DNA from: Azolla caroliniana
Lineage: Eukaryota; Plantae; Polypodiophyta
NCBI GenBank assembly: GCA_043228905.1
Contig: JBHGNT010000006.1
Coordinates: forward strand, 22,134,001 to 22,198,000
DNA: 64,000 nt
Direction of reading: 5' to 3'
Shown: one piece after another, positions 1 to 12,539 of the stretch
How positions within the stretch are numbered: the stretch's first letter is position 1
Layout of the letters: each line of letters opens with the position of its first letter
Program-made: the position numbers and the translations under genes
Notes under the pieces: model-generated
Seen by the model: only the letters and a program-made list of their open reading frames with translations
What the model was told of the DNA's origin: nothing
Databases searched by the model: none

Positions 1-1129
1 ATAAAACCATATTCTTCATCGAACGAGGAAACCACACACATTAATACACATTAGAGCCCATCACTTTGTGTTTCATTTCATGCAACTTAGATCACACTCA
101 CTATTGTGTGGGACATGGCATTGGGGCACAAGTGATGACAATTGTCATCTATGCACAGTTTGCTCAAAACAACTTCCAGAGTCTAAATATAAGACTTTGC
201 TACAATGCTCGACCTTTGATTGCATCCAACTATGCCTTCTACAAATCATTAACCAAACCCAATCCTTGCATGATTTTTTCTCACGAAACATAGTGTGCAT
301 TCTCAATTGCAACATTCCTTAGTAAAATTCTTGAACATCAAGAGTTGTTACTAATTTTCACATGCATTATACGAAAATGTTATATTTTTTGTCTCATAGG
401 CTATGTCTGACCTCCAAAGATGATAATAAAGTCTATCAATTTATAACACCTCCCTTTGATTCAAATGACAGATTTGCTTCATGCCAACCATTGATAATCT
501 TCTTCACGTTTCTATGGGATATTTTCAAAATATTTATCTATCCTCATCTTATATAGGCTTTCACATTTCCATTTGAGTTTTAATAATTGAAAGATTGCAT
601 TCTCAAGCAAATTGGAAGGGAAGGTTTCACGCATATATATATATATATATATATAGGAATGCGCTATTTGTCCCCCCCCCCCCCCCCCTTCCTAAACACC
701 ACCCCCTCGTTTTGGCTAAAAAATGTCCCTTCCCATCTCCATCTCCATCTCCATCTGCATGTAATGTTCATGTTTGTTCATTCATATTTCTTTTATAAAG
801 ATTTTTAAACACGTCTAGCTAGAGAATCTCATGCAAAAGTGCTTGTGAGTTCATGTTTCTTTAATAAAGTCTTTTAAACATTATGTTGTCTAGCTAGAGA
901 ATCTCATCCCAGTTTTGCACATATTATTCTTAATCATGAGAAAAGTAATGACTAATATGTTAGAAAACTATTACTTCTTGTTTGAAATATTATCAACTTT
1001 AAGTATTGATTGTTTTTCTTAACAAACAATAGATTCACAATGGTGATTCAATGAATTGCAAGTGACAGATCCCTTTGCAATGTTCTGAATTGGTTTGTCA
1101 ATCAACATAGCATGTAGCATAACATCCCA

Positions 1130-4100
1130 TCAGTGTCGATGAGCCCTAGCAGTATTTGTGGTCAACATATTGATACCGAATTGGCAGGCATACGAACCTA
1201 GCGCACATAGGACGGAAGAGAGAATGAGACCAAACCGCAATGGGGAACGTGTATACAACACCGTGCCTAGAGCTCCACAAAGCAAAGCAAAGCCAATCAA
1301 AATCTTTTGTCCCAATAGGAAGTTTTTGAGAGCATTCCGGCACATGGCACAATGTACAACATGTCGAAAGTAGCGATTGGTCGGGTCCGAGGAGAATGGC
1401 AAACCTGCACCCATAATTGTAGCCCCTTTCATGGGTTGGGATGATGCAATTGCTGCCACTAACCCCGCTGGAGCAGCCTCTACGTTGGGATCTGTGGATG
1501 GGAGCAGGAGTGTCTTGTGGCCAAAATAATATGGCATTCCATGGCCTACTTTATCTAACCACTTCCGATACTCCATCACAAAGACATCCGAAGTCCGAAG
1601 GTTTAGATATAACCGACTTGTGGGCACCTTTTCTCTCATTAGAACCTCGTTCTGTGATGCAAGAAACCCCATGTCTTGCTCTAGCACTTTATTTGACATT
1701 TGGTGGAAGAGCCATTCTGGTAATAGCAACATATTCTTATTTTTTACTCCCACTGTTAGAAAGCCAAACCGAACGATTAGCATAGATTTTCCTTGTCCGG
1801 AAGGTCGACAAAGTAAGATGGCAGTGCCCCTCCTCTCGCTCCCATCCTTCGCTATGATCTTTGTCACAGTGGATGACACACATGGGGCTTGAAAACGTGT
1901 GAATGCGGGGAATCCCTCTTTACTATATTCTCCCCATCTCCCAGCAAACCCCATTGATGTTCTTTCGGTTATCTCAAACTTAAGTGCCCCGGCATTCTCT
2001 CGTTTCGCCGTGAAGTCAGTCCTGTCATGTGATATCGGGACATGGGCTGGATCCATCAAATTCTCCAAAAGGATGGAGTGGTCATATGGCAGGGCATGAG
2101 TGGATGAGAAGTGCCTGTTGTTTGGATCATCAAATTGATCAAAACGAGGGATTTTCGTGGTATCAGCTTTGCTTTTGTCCGCGCCCATCCACACCCATAC
2201 AACCTCTTGGACATCACAAACCGGAAACGAGCGAACGCAAGCCGAATTTGGTATCTTTGCTCCTTTAGGCAGCTGAATCATTAAAAAACGGTATATATTT
2301 GTTCATACACAGAAGGTGATTTTAAAACTTCTGTTCTTCAATACCTGTTTTGAAAACTACACATAGTTTACATTTCAATGAGGATTTTGAAACTTTTGTT
2401 TCTGCACATTGCTTACATAATGAAAACTAAAACCTTTCGTACATTTCATTGGAGGCTTTTAAAGAAACTTTTAAGCCTTTTTTTTACTCATTATATGCAT
2501 ATAATTTAAGACCACATGTTACTGCAATAATTTTGGCTCTTCACATAGAAATTACTGTTAGCATTTACCAGCAGAAAAGTACCCTTTAATGGGTCTTTAA
2601 AGAGCCTTTTCTTTTCCAATCATTCGTCTAATTATCTTTAAAGGGTATGATATAATGGGTTTTTCTTATACATAAGACTAGTTATTTACTGATGAAAACA
2701 AATAGGGGTTTTGAAAGGAAAACGTTTACGGAGTTATGTTTTCAAGTTTTACTTACCTTATTCAGACAGTATAGAAAACAGCTATCATTAATGCTCTACT
2801 CATCCACTTAATTGATCAACAAACCTATTTATACAAATAACGTATGATTTTTAACATAGTATCAGTGGATTAAGACATTTTAAGAAGAGATTTATGGTTA
2901 GGGCACTAGAATCCTGGACAAATGAGTGAGATTATGATGATAATATTTGGGTTTTTACACATGAAGACATCAATTAAACAATGACTAATGTAGAGACTAA
3001 TTGATTATTAGGGACTGAATTAGGGGTTTGAAGTTCAGACATGGGAACTAAATGTTTTGTGTTCATGTTCATGCATACATACATACAGGAGCATAAGTAC
3101 AATAGAGAGATCACCTGAGGGATCTTGACACACTGACCATCACCCTCAAACTGCCAACCGTGATATAAGCATTCCAACCTACCATCGATAACTTGTCCCT
3201 CTGATAGCTTCGCCAACCTGACCAGCATGTGACAAATGACCACTTCAAAATGATCGATCAGAAACTGTTAGCTTAAATTCCATTTTGACCTAGGGACTCT
3301 ATATAACAATCAAACCCTGGTCTTATGTCCAGAACATAGCTATCTAGATGCTAATCTCAATTGAAAATACTATCAAGAGAGATGATGCGTCTACCTCCTC
3401 CTCCTCCTCCTCCTCCTCTTCTTCTTCTTCTTCTTCTTCTTCTTCTGGTTCGGCAACTAGCTTAAGTTTTTCATTTCAGCTTAAGCATTTTTCTTTCTGT
3501 TACAATTTGATGATCACATATCTACACAGCTGGAAAGAGTGCTTTGTCCCAATTGTTGGTCCCATGGATCATGTTAGGCACCATCATCTCATGTCTAATA
3601 TATCATCATCTCATGTCATTGGCATCCAAGGCTCCTGAGAACAACAGATTTGCACTCATAAACACGCACCTAAACATCCACTCTCACTCTCTCTCTCTCT
3701 CTACACACACACAAGGGGGAGCAATCGACCTTCTCTCTTCTTACAAGCTGGTCTCTCATACACCATGTACTCATGTCCCCTCTCATTTGAGTACCCCCAA
3801 TAAGTGTTCTACTCCTCTAAAATCTCACCAAACTGCTAAGCTTTTTTTCTTTATTGATCCTCCTGGACCTCTCAAAATTCCTTCTTTACATGTGCCTGCC
3901 ATCCTGTGAAGAAGCAGGGGAATATTCAGTAATCGGGGGGAGGGGGGGAGGATTTGATGTAGAACTAATGGCTCGGTAGGTCGATGTACACATACTAATC
4001 ATTACCTAAGATTGCAGGATAACACTAACTGCCCAGTAGGCCAAGTACACATACTAATCAGTACCTAAAGTTACTCAGAGGCAGCTTAACACTAACCACT

Positions 4101-5206
4101 CGGTAGGTTTAAGTACATGTACTAATCATGTCCTGAGGTTATAATGTAATTAATCCATTGGTAGCCTACTTGAACATACAAGTTGTGAGCTAAGGCTATG
4201 GTTACGCAATCTGTAGGGTATTCAAGTATATACTATTCATGACCTATGGTTATATGATTAAGAAATTGGTATGCTAAGTAAGCATACTAATCATGAACTG
4301 AACTTATAATTAAGTAGGCATGCTTGTTAATCAACTCTTCACCTAGTAAAACATATTAGTCATGTTTAAGATCATATCGGCTAATCAAACGTATCAAACA
4401 TGTTAAGAAAATGGTAAATTAAGAACACATACTAGTAGGCTCTGGGATTAGATCAAGCCTATATAGAAAATTCCATGGAAAATGGAGCAGACTTGGGATT
4501 TTTCCCACCCTGAATCAATTGTATGTCGATAATCTAAAATGCTCACTTCGCAATGATGTAGCATCGAGAAGGTTTGACCAGGAAGCAGATTTTGCACAGA
4601 TATTACAGAAGTCACAGATCCATATATTTGGAAAGACACTAATCATGACTATAAGCAAAAAAAATCGACGATAATGAAGCACGGGATTAGTTACCTGTGT
4701 GGGCACCGATCTTCATAGCAATGAAGGATGCCATGGCCATCATAGTGAAGAACAAGTTGTTTGTGGAAGACTTGGAGGGCAAGGGGGCCATCGCGAGGCA
4801 CGTCTCGTGTGAGGTAGAGAGGGTACCATTGATCCTCCCAACTATAAAAATCTCCCACGGATTGCTCCATTTTCTCATCTTCTATCAGGATGGTATCAGA
4901 GAAATCGCCATCATGAGAGCGTAAAGCGGTTTCTGATGGAGGAAAAGAGGAGGTATTGGATCCATGGAGAGAGTTCTGGGATCCAGGAAGAACAGATTCG
5001 GTTGGGATCCAGTTCGATTTGCACATGGAGCGATCAGAGGTGTGGCAGGTTACGAGTGGTCGGATTGATTGAGGGTTGTGAGGAGGCCAAAATCTGGGAT
5101 TAGGGCGGCATGGGATCACGCAGAGAGGATGAGAGGAGGAAGCAAGCGAAGGAGGAAGGAAGAAGAAGCCATGTGGCAGAGCCATAGCCGCCATGGCCAT
5201 GGCCAT
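1130..5206 (-). CDS. TIC55: TIC55 chloroplast Rieske/mononuclear-iron oxygenase (PAO family, phyllobilin hydroxylase), 3 exons, about 585 aa
   Basis: Exons 5206-4695, 3217-3115 and 2272-1130 join in frame (1758 nt) through canonical GT/AG sites. The Rieske motif CPHR|[15 protein letters not shown] spans exons 1-2. Also present: the Fe-binding motif [20 protein letters not shown], the C-terminal HCAMC, two TM helices and a Ser/Pro-rich transit peptide from ATG 5206. Closely resembles Arabidopsis TIC55 as recalled. Confidence 0.93.
3240..3712. repeat. About 470-bp segment in TIC55 intron 1, near-identical to 7055-7546; contains a (TCC)n(TTC)n microsatellite
   Basis: Both copies start ccacttcaaaatgatcgatcagaaac and end in (ct)n-ctacacac; their spurious ORFs (3348 and 7163) are nearly identical. 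Confidence 0.9.
3962..4310. repeat. Degenerate ~60-bp tandem repeat (about 6 units) in TIC55 intron 1
   Basis: Recurrent core actaa..ggtagg..aagtacacatactaatca..cctaag, decaying along the array. Confidence 0.6.
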
Positions 5207-5279
5207 GTCTGTGGAGGATAGAGAACTAATCAATGAGAGACGGATTTAACATGGAAAAACCCTCCATGAGAGGGAAACC

Positions 5280-5925
5280 ATTAAACCGCGGATTAACGGT
5301 TTAAACGGTTCGTGTGCATGTGGAGGATAGAGAACTAATGAGAAGGATTTAATATAAAAAAACCCTCCATGAGAGGGAAACCATGGAACCGCGGCGTAAT
5401 GGTTAAAACGGTTCAGTTCAGTTCTAGATCAGGTTTTTGTAAACGGTTCGGTTTTGGTTTGGGGATTTGTTGGTTCCGTTCGAGCCTTTAACGGTTTTCG
5501 GTTTAAACGGTTTGAAACTACATTCCAAACGGTTTTAAAATTTTAAAATTTTACGTATTGCAGTTTCAAATCAGGTTTTTGTAAATGGTTTGGGGGTTTG
5601 TTGGTTTCATTCGAGCCTTTAACAATTTTCGATTTAAATGGTTTTAAAATTTAAAAATTGGACGTATTGAAAATTCTAAACTTTTTTAAATTAAAATGTA
5701 AAATTTTGAATTTTGACCTTACTTGAAAACCAAAGTTGAATCTAACGAAACCTCGACTTTAACGGTTTAAAGGTTTGAACATCTCTAAAACCATTAGATT
5801 TGAGCTTGAATTTATTGTAACGGTTCGGTTTAAATCGTTTGGTGGTTTGGTTTGGTTTGAGTTTCAAAAAATTTAAAGAGTTCCGTTTGAGTATGAGACT
5901 CTCGAACCACACCAAACCGTTGCCG
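5280..5925. mobile_element. Degenerate non-autonomous DNA transposon (hAT-like) remnant, rich in AAACCG/CGGTTT motifs, immediately upstream of TIC55
   Basis: Dense aaacggtt/cggttcgg/aaaccg motifs like those in the TIR-bounded element at 15685-16316; no termini identified. Confidence 0.5.
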
Positions 5926-8900
5926 ATTGTTAGAAACAACCACAGGACAAAGTCCAAAAGAATCTACTAACAACAAAGAGAATACAATGATGATACAAGC
6001 GTTTCCCCTTGATATGCTTGAGTGAAGTAGAGGTATGTAGAAAGTAACACTACTCACAATGTGGGGACAACAAACCAAAGGAATAACAACTACACTCACA
6101 AACACATGATTGAGAGAGAAGAAACCTTGCCGAACGCGCATGAATGAGGATGGGTGTGCGGGACCGGACTACGAAAGATGGGGTTTTCTCCGTCGAAGTC
6201 GGACTCTTCACTCTTCATTCAGTAAGGTTGAAATGGGTTGGTTAGCATATTGTTATATGTGGATGATCTAGTCATCGTCAGCGCTGACCTAGAGGAAATA
6301 GGCAGTGTGAAGTCCCAATTAGCGGCATCATTTGAAATGAAGGATCTGGGGGACCTTCATTACTTCCTCGGGATCAAAGTGATCCACACCCCGGAAGGCA
6401 TACTGATAAGCCAAAGGCATTATGTGTTAAGTATGCTCTTCAAGGAATGATGAACTGCAAATCCATCTCAACTCCCCTTGATAGGAATGTCAAGTTGCAC
6501 CTCAAATCCAAAATTGCTTGCAACCCGACATGGTTCCAACAAATCGTTGGAAACCTGATATATCTAACCATCACCCAACCAGACCTTTACTATTTGATTG
6601 GACTGATCAGTCAATTTATGCAGCAACCGACCATCAAACACCTTCAGTGCATGCAAAGAGTATTGTGATATGTCAACGATACTAAGGATAGGGTGTTGTT
6701 GTATCAGACCGGTTAGCCGAAGCGTTGGTCAGCTACATGGATGTCGATTGAGCCGGAAATGCTAGCGATTGTAGGTCTACATTTGGATATGCATTTTCAC
6801 TTGGAAGTGTTGTGATTGCATGGAGTAGTAAGACGCAACCGACAGTTGCACTGTCGAGCACCAAGGCTGAATACAAAGGAGTGGCTTCCACAACATGCGA
6901 AGCCATATGGCTTAAAAGGTTGTTGAAAGATCTATGTGTAGAGGTGTGCAAGCCGACCGTGATATACTCTGACAACCTTAGCAACATTCAACTAGCCAAG
7001 AACCAAGTCTTCCATGCTCGCACAAATCACATTATCACTTTGTGTGCGTGTGGGCCACTTCAAAATGATCGATCAGAAACTGTTAGCTTAAATTCCATTT
7101 TGACCTAGGGACTCTATATAACAATCAAACCCTGGTCTTATGTCCAGAACATAGCTATCTAGATGCTAATCTCAATTGAAAATACTATCAAGAGAGATGA
7201 TGCATCTACCTCCTCCTCCTCCTCCTCCTCCTCCTCTTCTTCTTCTTCTTCTTCTTCTTCTTCTTCTTCTTCTTCTTCTGGTTCGGCAACTAGTTTTAGT
7301 TTTTCATTTCAGCTTAAACATTTTTCTTTCTGTTACAATTTGATGATCACATATCTACATAGCTGGAAAGAGTGCTTTGTCCCAATTGTTGGTCCCATGG
7401 ATCATGTTAGGCACCATCATCTCATGCCTAATATATCATCATCTCATGCGATTGGCATCCAAGGCTCCTGAGAACAACAGATTTGCACTCATAAACACGC
7501 ACCTAAACATCCATTCTCTCTCTCTCTCTCTCTCTACACACAGACACCTAAAATTTGAATTTTGATGTTACTTGAAAACCAAAGTTGAATCTAACGAAAC
7601 CTCGACTTTAACGGTTTAAAGGTTTGAACGTCTCTAAAACCATTAGATTTGAGCTTGAATTTATTGTAACGGTTTGGTTTAAATCGTTTGGTGGTTTGGT
7701 TCGGTTTGAGTTTCAAAAAATTAAACAGTTCCGTTTTTAATGGTTTGAGTATGAGACTCTCGAACCGAACCGAACCATTGCCAACTATTAGAAACAACCA
7801 CGGGACAAAGTCCAAAAGAATCTACTAACATCAAAGAGAATACAATGACGATACAAGCGTTTCCCTTGGATATGCTTGAGTGAAGTAGAGGTATATAGAA
7901 AGTAACACTACTAATAATGTGGGGACAACAAACCAAAGGAATAACAACTACACTCACAAACACATGATTGAGAGAGAAGAAACCTTGCCAAACGGCGTGA
8001 ATGAGGATGGGTGCGCGGGACTGGACTACGAAAAATGGGGTTTTCTCCGTCAAAGTTAGACTCTTTACTCTTCATTCAACAAGGTCGAAATGGGTTGGTT
8101 AGCATATTGTTATACGTGGATGATCTAGTCATCGTCAGCGCTGACCTAGAGGGAATAGGCCGCGTGAAGTCCCAATTAGCGGCATCATTCGAAATGAAGG
8201 ATTTGGGGGACCTTCATTACTTCCTCGGGATCAAAGTGATCCACACACCCCGGAAGGCATACTTATAAGCCAAAGGCATTATGTGTTGTGTATGCTCTTC
8301 AAGTTCGGAATGACGAACTGCAAATCCGTCTCAACTCCCCTTGATAGGAATGTCAAGTTGCGCCTCAAATCCAGAACTGCTTGCAACCCGACATGGTTCC
8401 AACAAATCGTCGGAAACTTGATATATCTGACCATCACCCAACCAGACCTTTACTATCCGATTGAACTGATTAGTCAATTTATGTAGCAGCTAACCATCAA
8501 ACACCTTCAGTGCATGCAAAGAGTATTGTGATATGTCAACGACGCTAAGGATAGGGTGTTGTTGTATCGGACCAGTTAGCCAAAGCATTGGTCAGCTACA
8601 TGGATGCCGATGGGGCCGAAAATGCCAGCGATTGTAGGTCTACATCTGAATATGCATTTTCACTTGGAAGTGACGTGATTGCATGGAGTAGTAAGACGCA
8701 GCCGACAGCTGCACTGTTGAGCACCGAGGCTGAATACAGAGGAGTGGCTTTCGCAACATGCGAAGCTATATGACTTAAAAGGTTGTTGAAAGATCTATGT
8801 GTAGAGGTGTGCAAGTCGACCGTGATATACTCTGACAACCTTAGCAACATTCAACTAGCCAAGAACCAAGTCTTCCATGCTCGCACGAATCACATTGAGG

Positions 8901-8927
8901 TGCACTATCACTTTGTACGCGTGCGGG
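5699..8927. repeat. Direct duplication of about 1.36 kb (5699-7054 and 7549-8927) separated by a 490-bp filler
   Basis: Both copies contain the hAT-like piece, an LTR-like piece (tgttagaaacaacc) and Copia RT/RNaseH sequence; copy 1 has a 10-bp deletion (gaggtgcact) near its end. Confidence 0.9.
6140..7054 (+). mobile_element. Ty1/Copia RT-RNaseH remnant (duplicate copy 1)
   Basis: LLYVDDLVI, FEMKDLGDLHYFLGI, VGNLIYLTITQPDL and [19 protein letters not shown] motifs, with stops and frameshifts. Confidence 0.85.
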
Positions 8928-9918
8928 TTCTCTCTAGTGAAGTAGAATTTGTCTACGTTTTGACATATCAACAAGTGGTTGATATCTTCACCAAACCTCT
9001 CAGCTTGAACAAGTTGCAATATATTTTTGGGTATGCTTGGCTTGTAGCACCTTGGCATGCCGAACTTGAGGGGGAGAAGCGAAAACAAGCTGGAGAGGGG
9101 CAGAGATGATGTTCGAGAAGTCGAATTAGATATGGAGTCTGATTTCAGAACGGCTAAAGAAGTCGAGGATGGATCGAACAAGAGGGCAAGTGGAAGAAGA
9201 TCGGCTAAGTGTAGACTAGCCAGATGTAGGGGGAGCAGCTGAAAGAGAGAGCCGAAGTCAGAGCGAGCCGAGAGAGGCAAGCCAGGTGGCACAATCAAGA
9301 AGGGCAGAGCTAGCCTGAAGGTGAAAGCTAGGACCAAGACATGGTCAAATGTGGTCAAGGGCCTGGAAAAGGACGAATTGGAGATAGCCAATTCAGTCGA
9401 GAGCGGGCACGGATCGGAGATAGCCGATCCCATTGAAATGAGTGATCCGGATGAGATTTATAATGTGAAGGCCAAGCGGATGAGAGGGCAACCGATGTGG
9501 ACACCACTACGGAGGAGTCAACAGATCGAGGGGGGCCAATGTCGCGATAGCAAGAGAGTTTACAAGGGCCTAAGAGGTAGACGAGCCGACCGTAGGGGTC
9601 GAGGAGTGCAAAATCAAACGGATCGAGAAGCATTGGATCGTAGGGGTCAAGAAATGCGAGACTAGACCGGATGAGTAGTGCGAGCAAGGCTTGAAGACGT
9701 TAGGAGATGCAGGTGTGAGAACCGGCTGACACTGACACGAGGAACCAACCTCAAGTTGAGCTTGACTGGGAGCGTTGAGAGACAAGCTCAACATGGGCTG
9801 GATCAGCTGAAGAAACCGAGAGTCAGATCAGACAAAAGCTAATTAGTTAGGCTTGGATCGATTGAAGAAGTCGGGAGCCAGATCTGACATAGGTCGATCG
9901 GCTAGGCTGGATCTACGG

Positions 9919-9988
<70 letters not shown>

Positions 9989-10262
9989 TTATTTTAGTAA
10001 ATAGGAATATTATAGGTTGTTAGTGTTTGATGCTCGATTAATGAGCATTAAAGTACGTGCCAATACTTTTGCTAGTCCTTTTGAAAGACTTGTATAAAAA
10101 GTGCTCTGTGAGCACAATTGTAAATACTGAGTCCTTTTGCAATAGAAATTTTTGTGTGGTCTGCTCACTCAATCTCTCTCCCTCTCTCCCTCCATGCTTA
10201 CCTAAATATTTTTTTCTGGATAATTGATTGTGTACTCTGTGTTTTGCATATCGCTTCTCAAG
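8000..10262 (+). mobile_element. Ty1/Copia 3' half remnant: RT-RNaseH, charged 3' extension ORF, and 3' LTR (about 9774-10262) containing (TA)n
   Basis: YVDD and [23 protein letters not shown] motifs. The LTR start (c/t)gttgagagacaagctcaac near 9774 matches the reverse-complement ends of the solo LTRs at 37922 and 59459. The 3' end is approximate. Confidence 0.75.
9921..9985. repeat. (TA)n microsatellite
   Basis: Perfect TA run of about 64 bp. Confidence 0.95.
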
Positions 10263-10271
10263 AACAATATG

Positions 10272-10959
10272 TGTTAGGGTTGGGATGGTTAGAAGGATAG
10301 TGCATTGTGGTGTGATTTGTTGTCACCCTGGATATCCAATTGGGGTGGAAGTTTCTCATCTAAAACTTATGTTGGGAAAACATGTCCCTCAGGATGGGAA
10401 GAGTACGAGTCGAATCAGATGGAGTCGATGGGTAATTTGGCCGAGGCCAAAAACGGAAATCGAAAATTGATTATATAACCGATTTGAGAGACTATATTTG
10501 TAAATAGTCTAAATGTGCCCGATGTGGGCTATATCTATAAATAGCCAAAAAGTTGTATAAGTATAAATACAACTAGGGCAAACATTATGAGTGTGGTTGA
10601 ATTAGTAGTTGATCATTATTGTGAGTGAGTTGCCTTGGTAATTGCCTTGGCAACAGAGTGTGAGTGACAGTAGGAGAGTGAGAACAGAGTTATAACTCTG
10701 TAGCCATCTGTTGGCGAAGAAGAACTCAAGGTTGTTGCCTTTGAGTGTCTTATTGTATATTCCTCCTACCATATAGTGATCTGTTTGGAGTTTGTGGACT
10801 CCACGTGGGTTTTCCCATTCGGGTTTTCCACGTTAAATCTTGTGTGTCTGTACTTGTGTTTTTCTGCCCTCTCGTTTTTTGTTTGAGCATTATCTTTCTC
10901 GATCTTTGCACCCGAATATACGTATGAGAAACTGGTTGTGGACGGTTCCGATCCTAACA
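10272..10959 (+). mobile_element. LTR (Copia-type), isolated
   Basis: Termini TGTTAGG...CCTAACA form an inverted repeat; TATA-like tataaata near 10536; U5-like gggttttccc...gggttttccacgt. No TSD found. Confidence 0.65.
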
Positions 10960-10974
10960 ACTTATCGAGTGGGT

Positions 10975-12430
10975 ATCCAAAAGGTTGGAGGTAAGTTTAT
11001 GTATTGGAGCTCTCCATTCTGGCCTTTTCATGTACGACTTAAGGTGGTCCAATCGATTATGGTCTCCATGGTGTCATATTACGTTCCTTTGTTAGCATGG
11101 TTGAACAAAGCTCTTGAAATGATGTCATAGTCAATGCGAATGTTGTTATGGAAAAGAAAAGGGAAAAACTTATCATGGTTGGCATGGGATCATGTTTGTA
11201 CTCTGAAGCATCTTGGTTGGGATCATGACTCGTCGATTTACTTTCATTTGATTTATGTTTGAAGGTGTACAACCTTGGACAGAAATTATGGTGTACTTTA
11301 TAGAGAAGAATAGAATTAAGCTTGGAAACATTAAGGTTTAAGCTAATTGGTGGAATGTAATTAATTTTGAAAGGGATGTCAAATGTGTAGGGTCTTTGAT
11401 AGTTAATCATTTGTTGACATCTTGGCAAAGTATGTTGGATTTTGTGGAATAACATCCTCCACAAGAAAGGGGATCTGCTAATTCATTACAAATGGAGGTT
11501 TTGGCAACATCAAGGTTGTTGAGGTGGGAAGGTAAACAAATTCTTAACCTTCAATTTAATGGGATGGCCAAATTGGGTTTGGTAATGTAGCCAAGGATGT
11601 TATGTTGGTGTCACAAAGAAGATTAATGGCCTTTTGAACAACAAAATCAACATTTCGTATTCCAAAAGGTTATACCTTTATTTGGGATAAGTTGCAAGAA
11701 ACACTATTTTCGTATGAGCCAATTCCTGATTTAGATGGGGGATCTCAAGATCTTGATTGGAGGTTTGTTAGAAATAAGAGATTGACTATGATCTCAACAA
11801 TTGTTGATTATCACAAGTTGATTGACAAACATAAGTGGTTGGATGAAAGGGTTATAAAGATATGGAGTTTTCGTAAGCCCATTACTTGGTGGTTTCATGT
11901 GATTAAGGCAGGTTGGTGTTCTCGATTGATGCTACGAGCTAAGGTATTTATTTGGAGAGTTATGGTTGGAGCTTTACCATTAGGGGATGCATAAAAAAAC
12001 AAAGAAACATTACTAAAGGATCGTGTTTCTTTTATTCGGTGGAATTGGAACATAGTAGGCATCAATTTCTTTCATGCGTGATTGCAATGATCGTTTGGAG
12101 GTGTATCAGTTTAGTGTGGATGTCTCTAACTAGAATAAGCCTATCTTCTTTCAATTGGGCTTTTGCACATATGGAGAACAATGAACCAATGCCTCATTTC
12201 CATATTATTTTTGAGTTCTTGAGGTATTGGGGGTTATGGTTCAATTGGAATATGCGAAATGCCTTCACTTTTGATTCACAAGTTGGGGTGAGTGAATATG
12301 TTGTAAAGTTAAAAGGACTTATTTTGTGGCAATTGACAGTGCTAGAGAAGTCACAGAATCTCAACCAAGGTCACATATCATCATATTCGCCATTTGAATT
12401 GGTTCTATACTTTGTAGTAAGTTAGTCATG
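10975..12430 (+). mobile_element. L1-like LINE ORF2 3' remnant (zf-RVT/RNaseH-like region)
   Basis: AKVFIWRVMVGALP, CFF..ELEHSRHQFLSC..A..VW and WGLWFNWNMRNAFTF motifs, with many stops. Confidence 0.75.
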
Positions 12431-12539
12431 TTGGTTTTTTTTTCTTTCATAATGAAAGCCATTATTTATGAAAGAGAGAGAGTGAGAGAGAGAGTGAAAA
12501 AAAAAGCAAAAGTGGAGAGGGGAATAAGAAGAAGCGAAT

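Noticed and set aside
1-560. Short ORFs and decayed coding-like sequence at the window start
   Set aside because: No recognisable motif; probably an old TE fragment that cannot be assigned.
3348-3638. Poly-Ser ORF (and its twin at 7163-7471)
   Set aside because: Translation of a (TCC)/(TTC) microsatellite within a duplicated non-coding segment, antisense in an intron.
3962-4310. CRISPR-like repeat-spacer appearance
   Set aside because: Eukaryotic intron, degenerate repeats, linkers related to each other, and no cas genes.
8855-9433. 192-aa minus-strand ORF
   Set aside because: Antisense shadow of the purine-rich Copia 3' region with no recognisable motif; an antisense ORF cannot be fully excluded without a family consensus.
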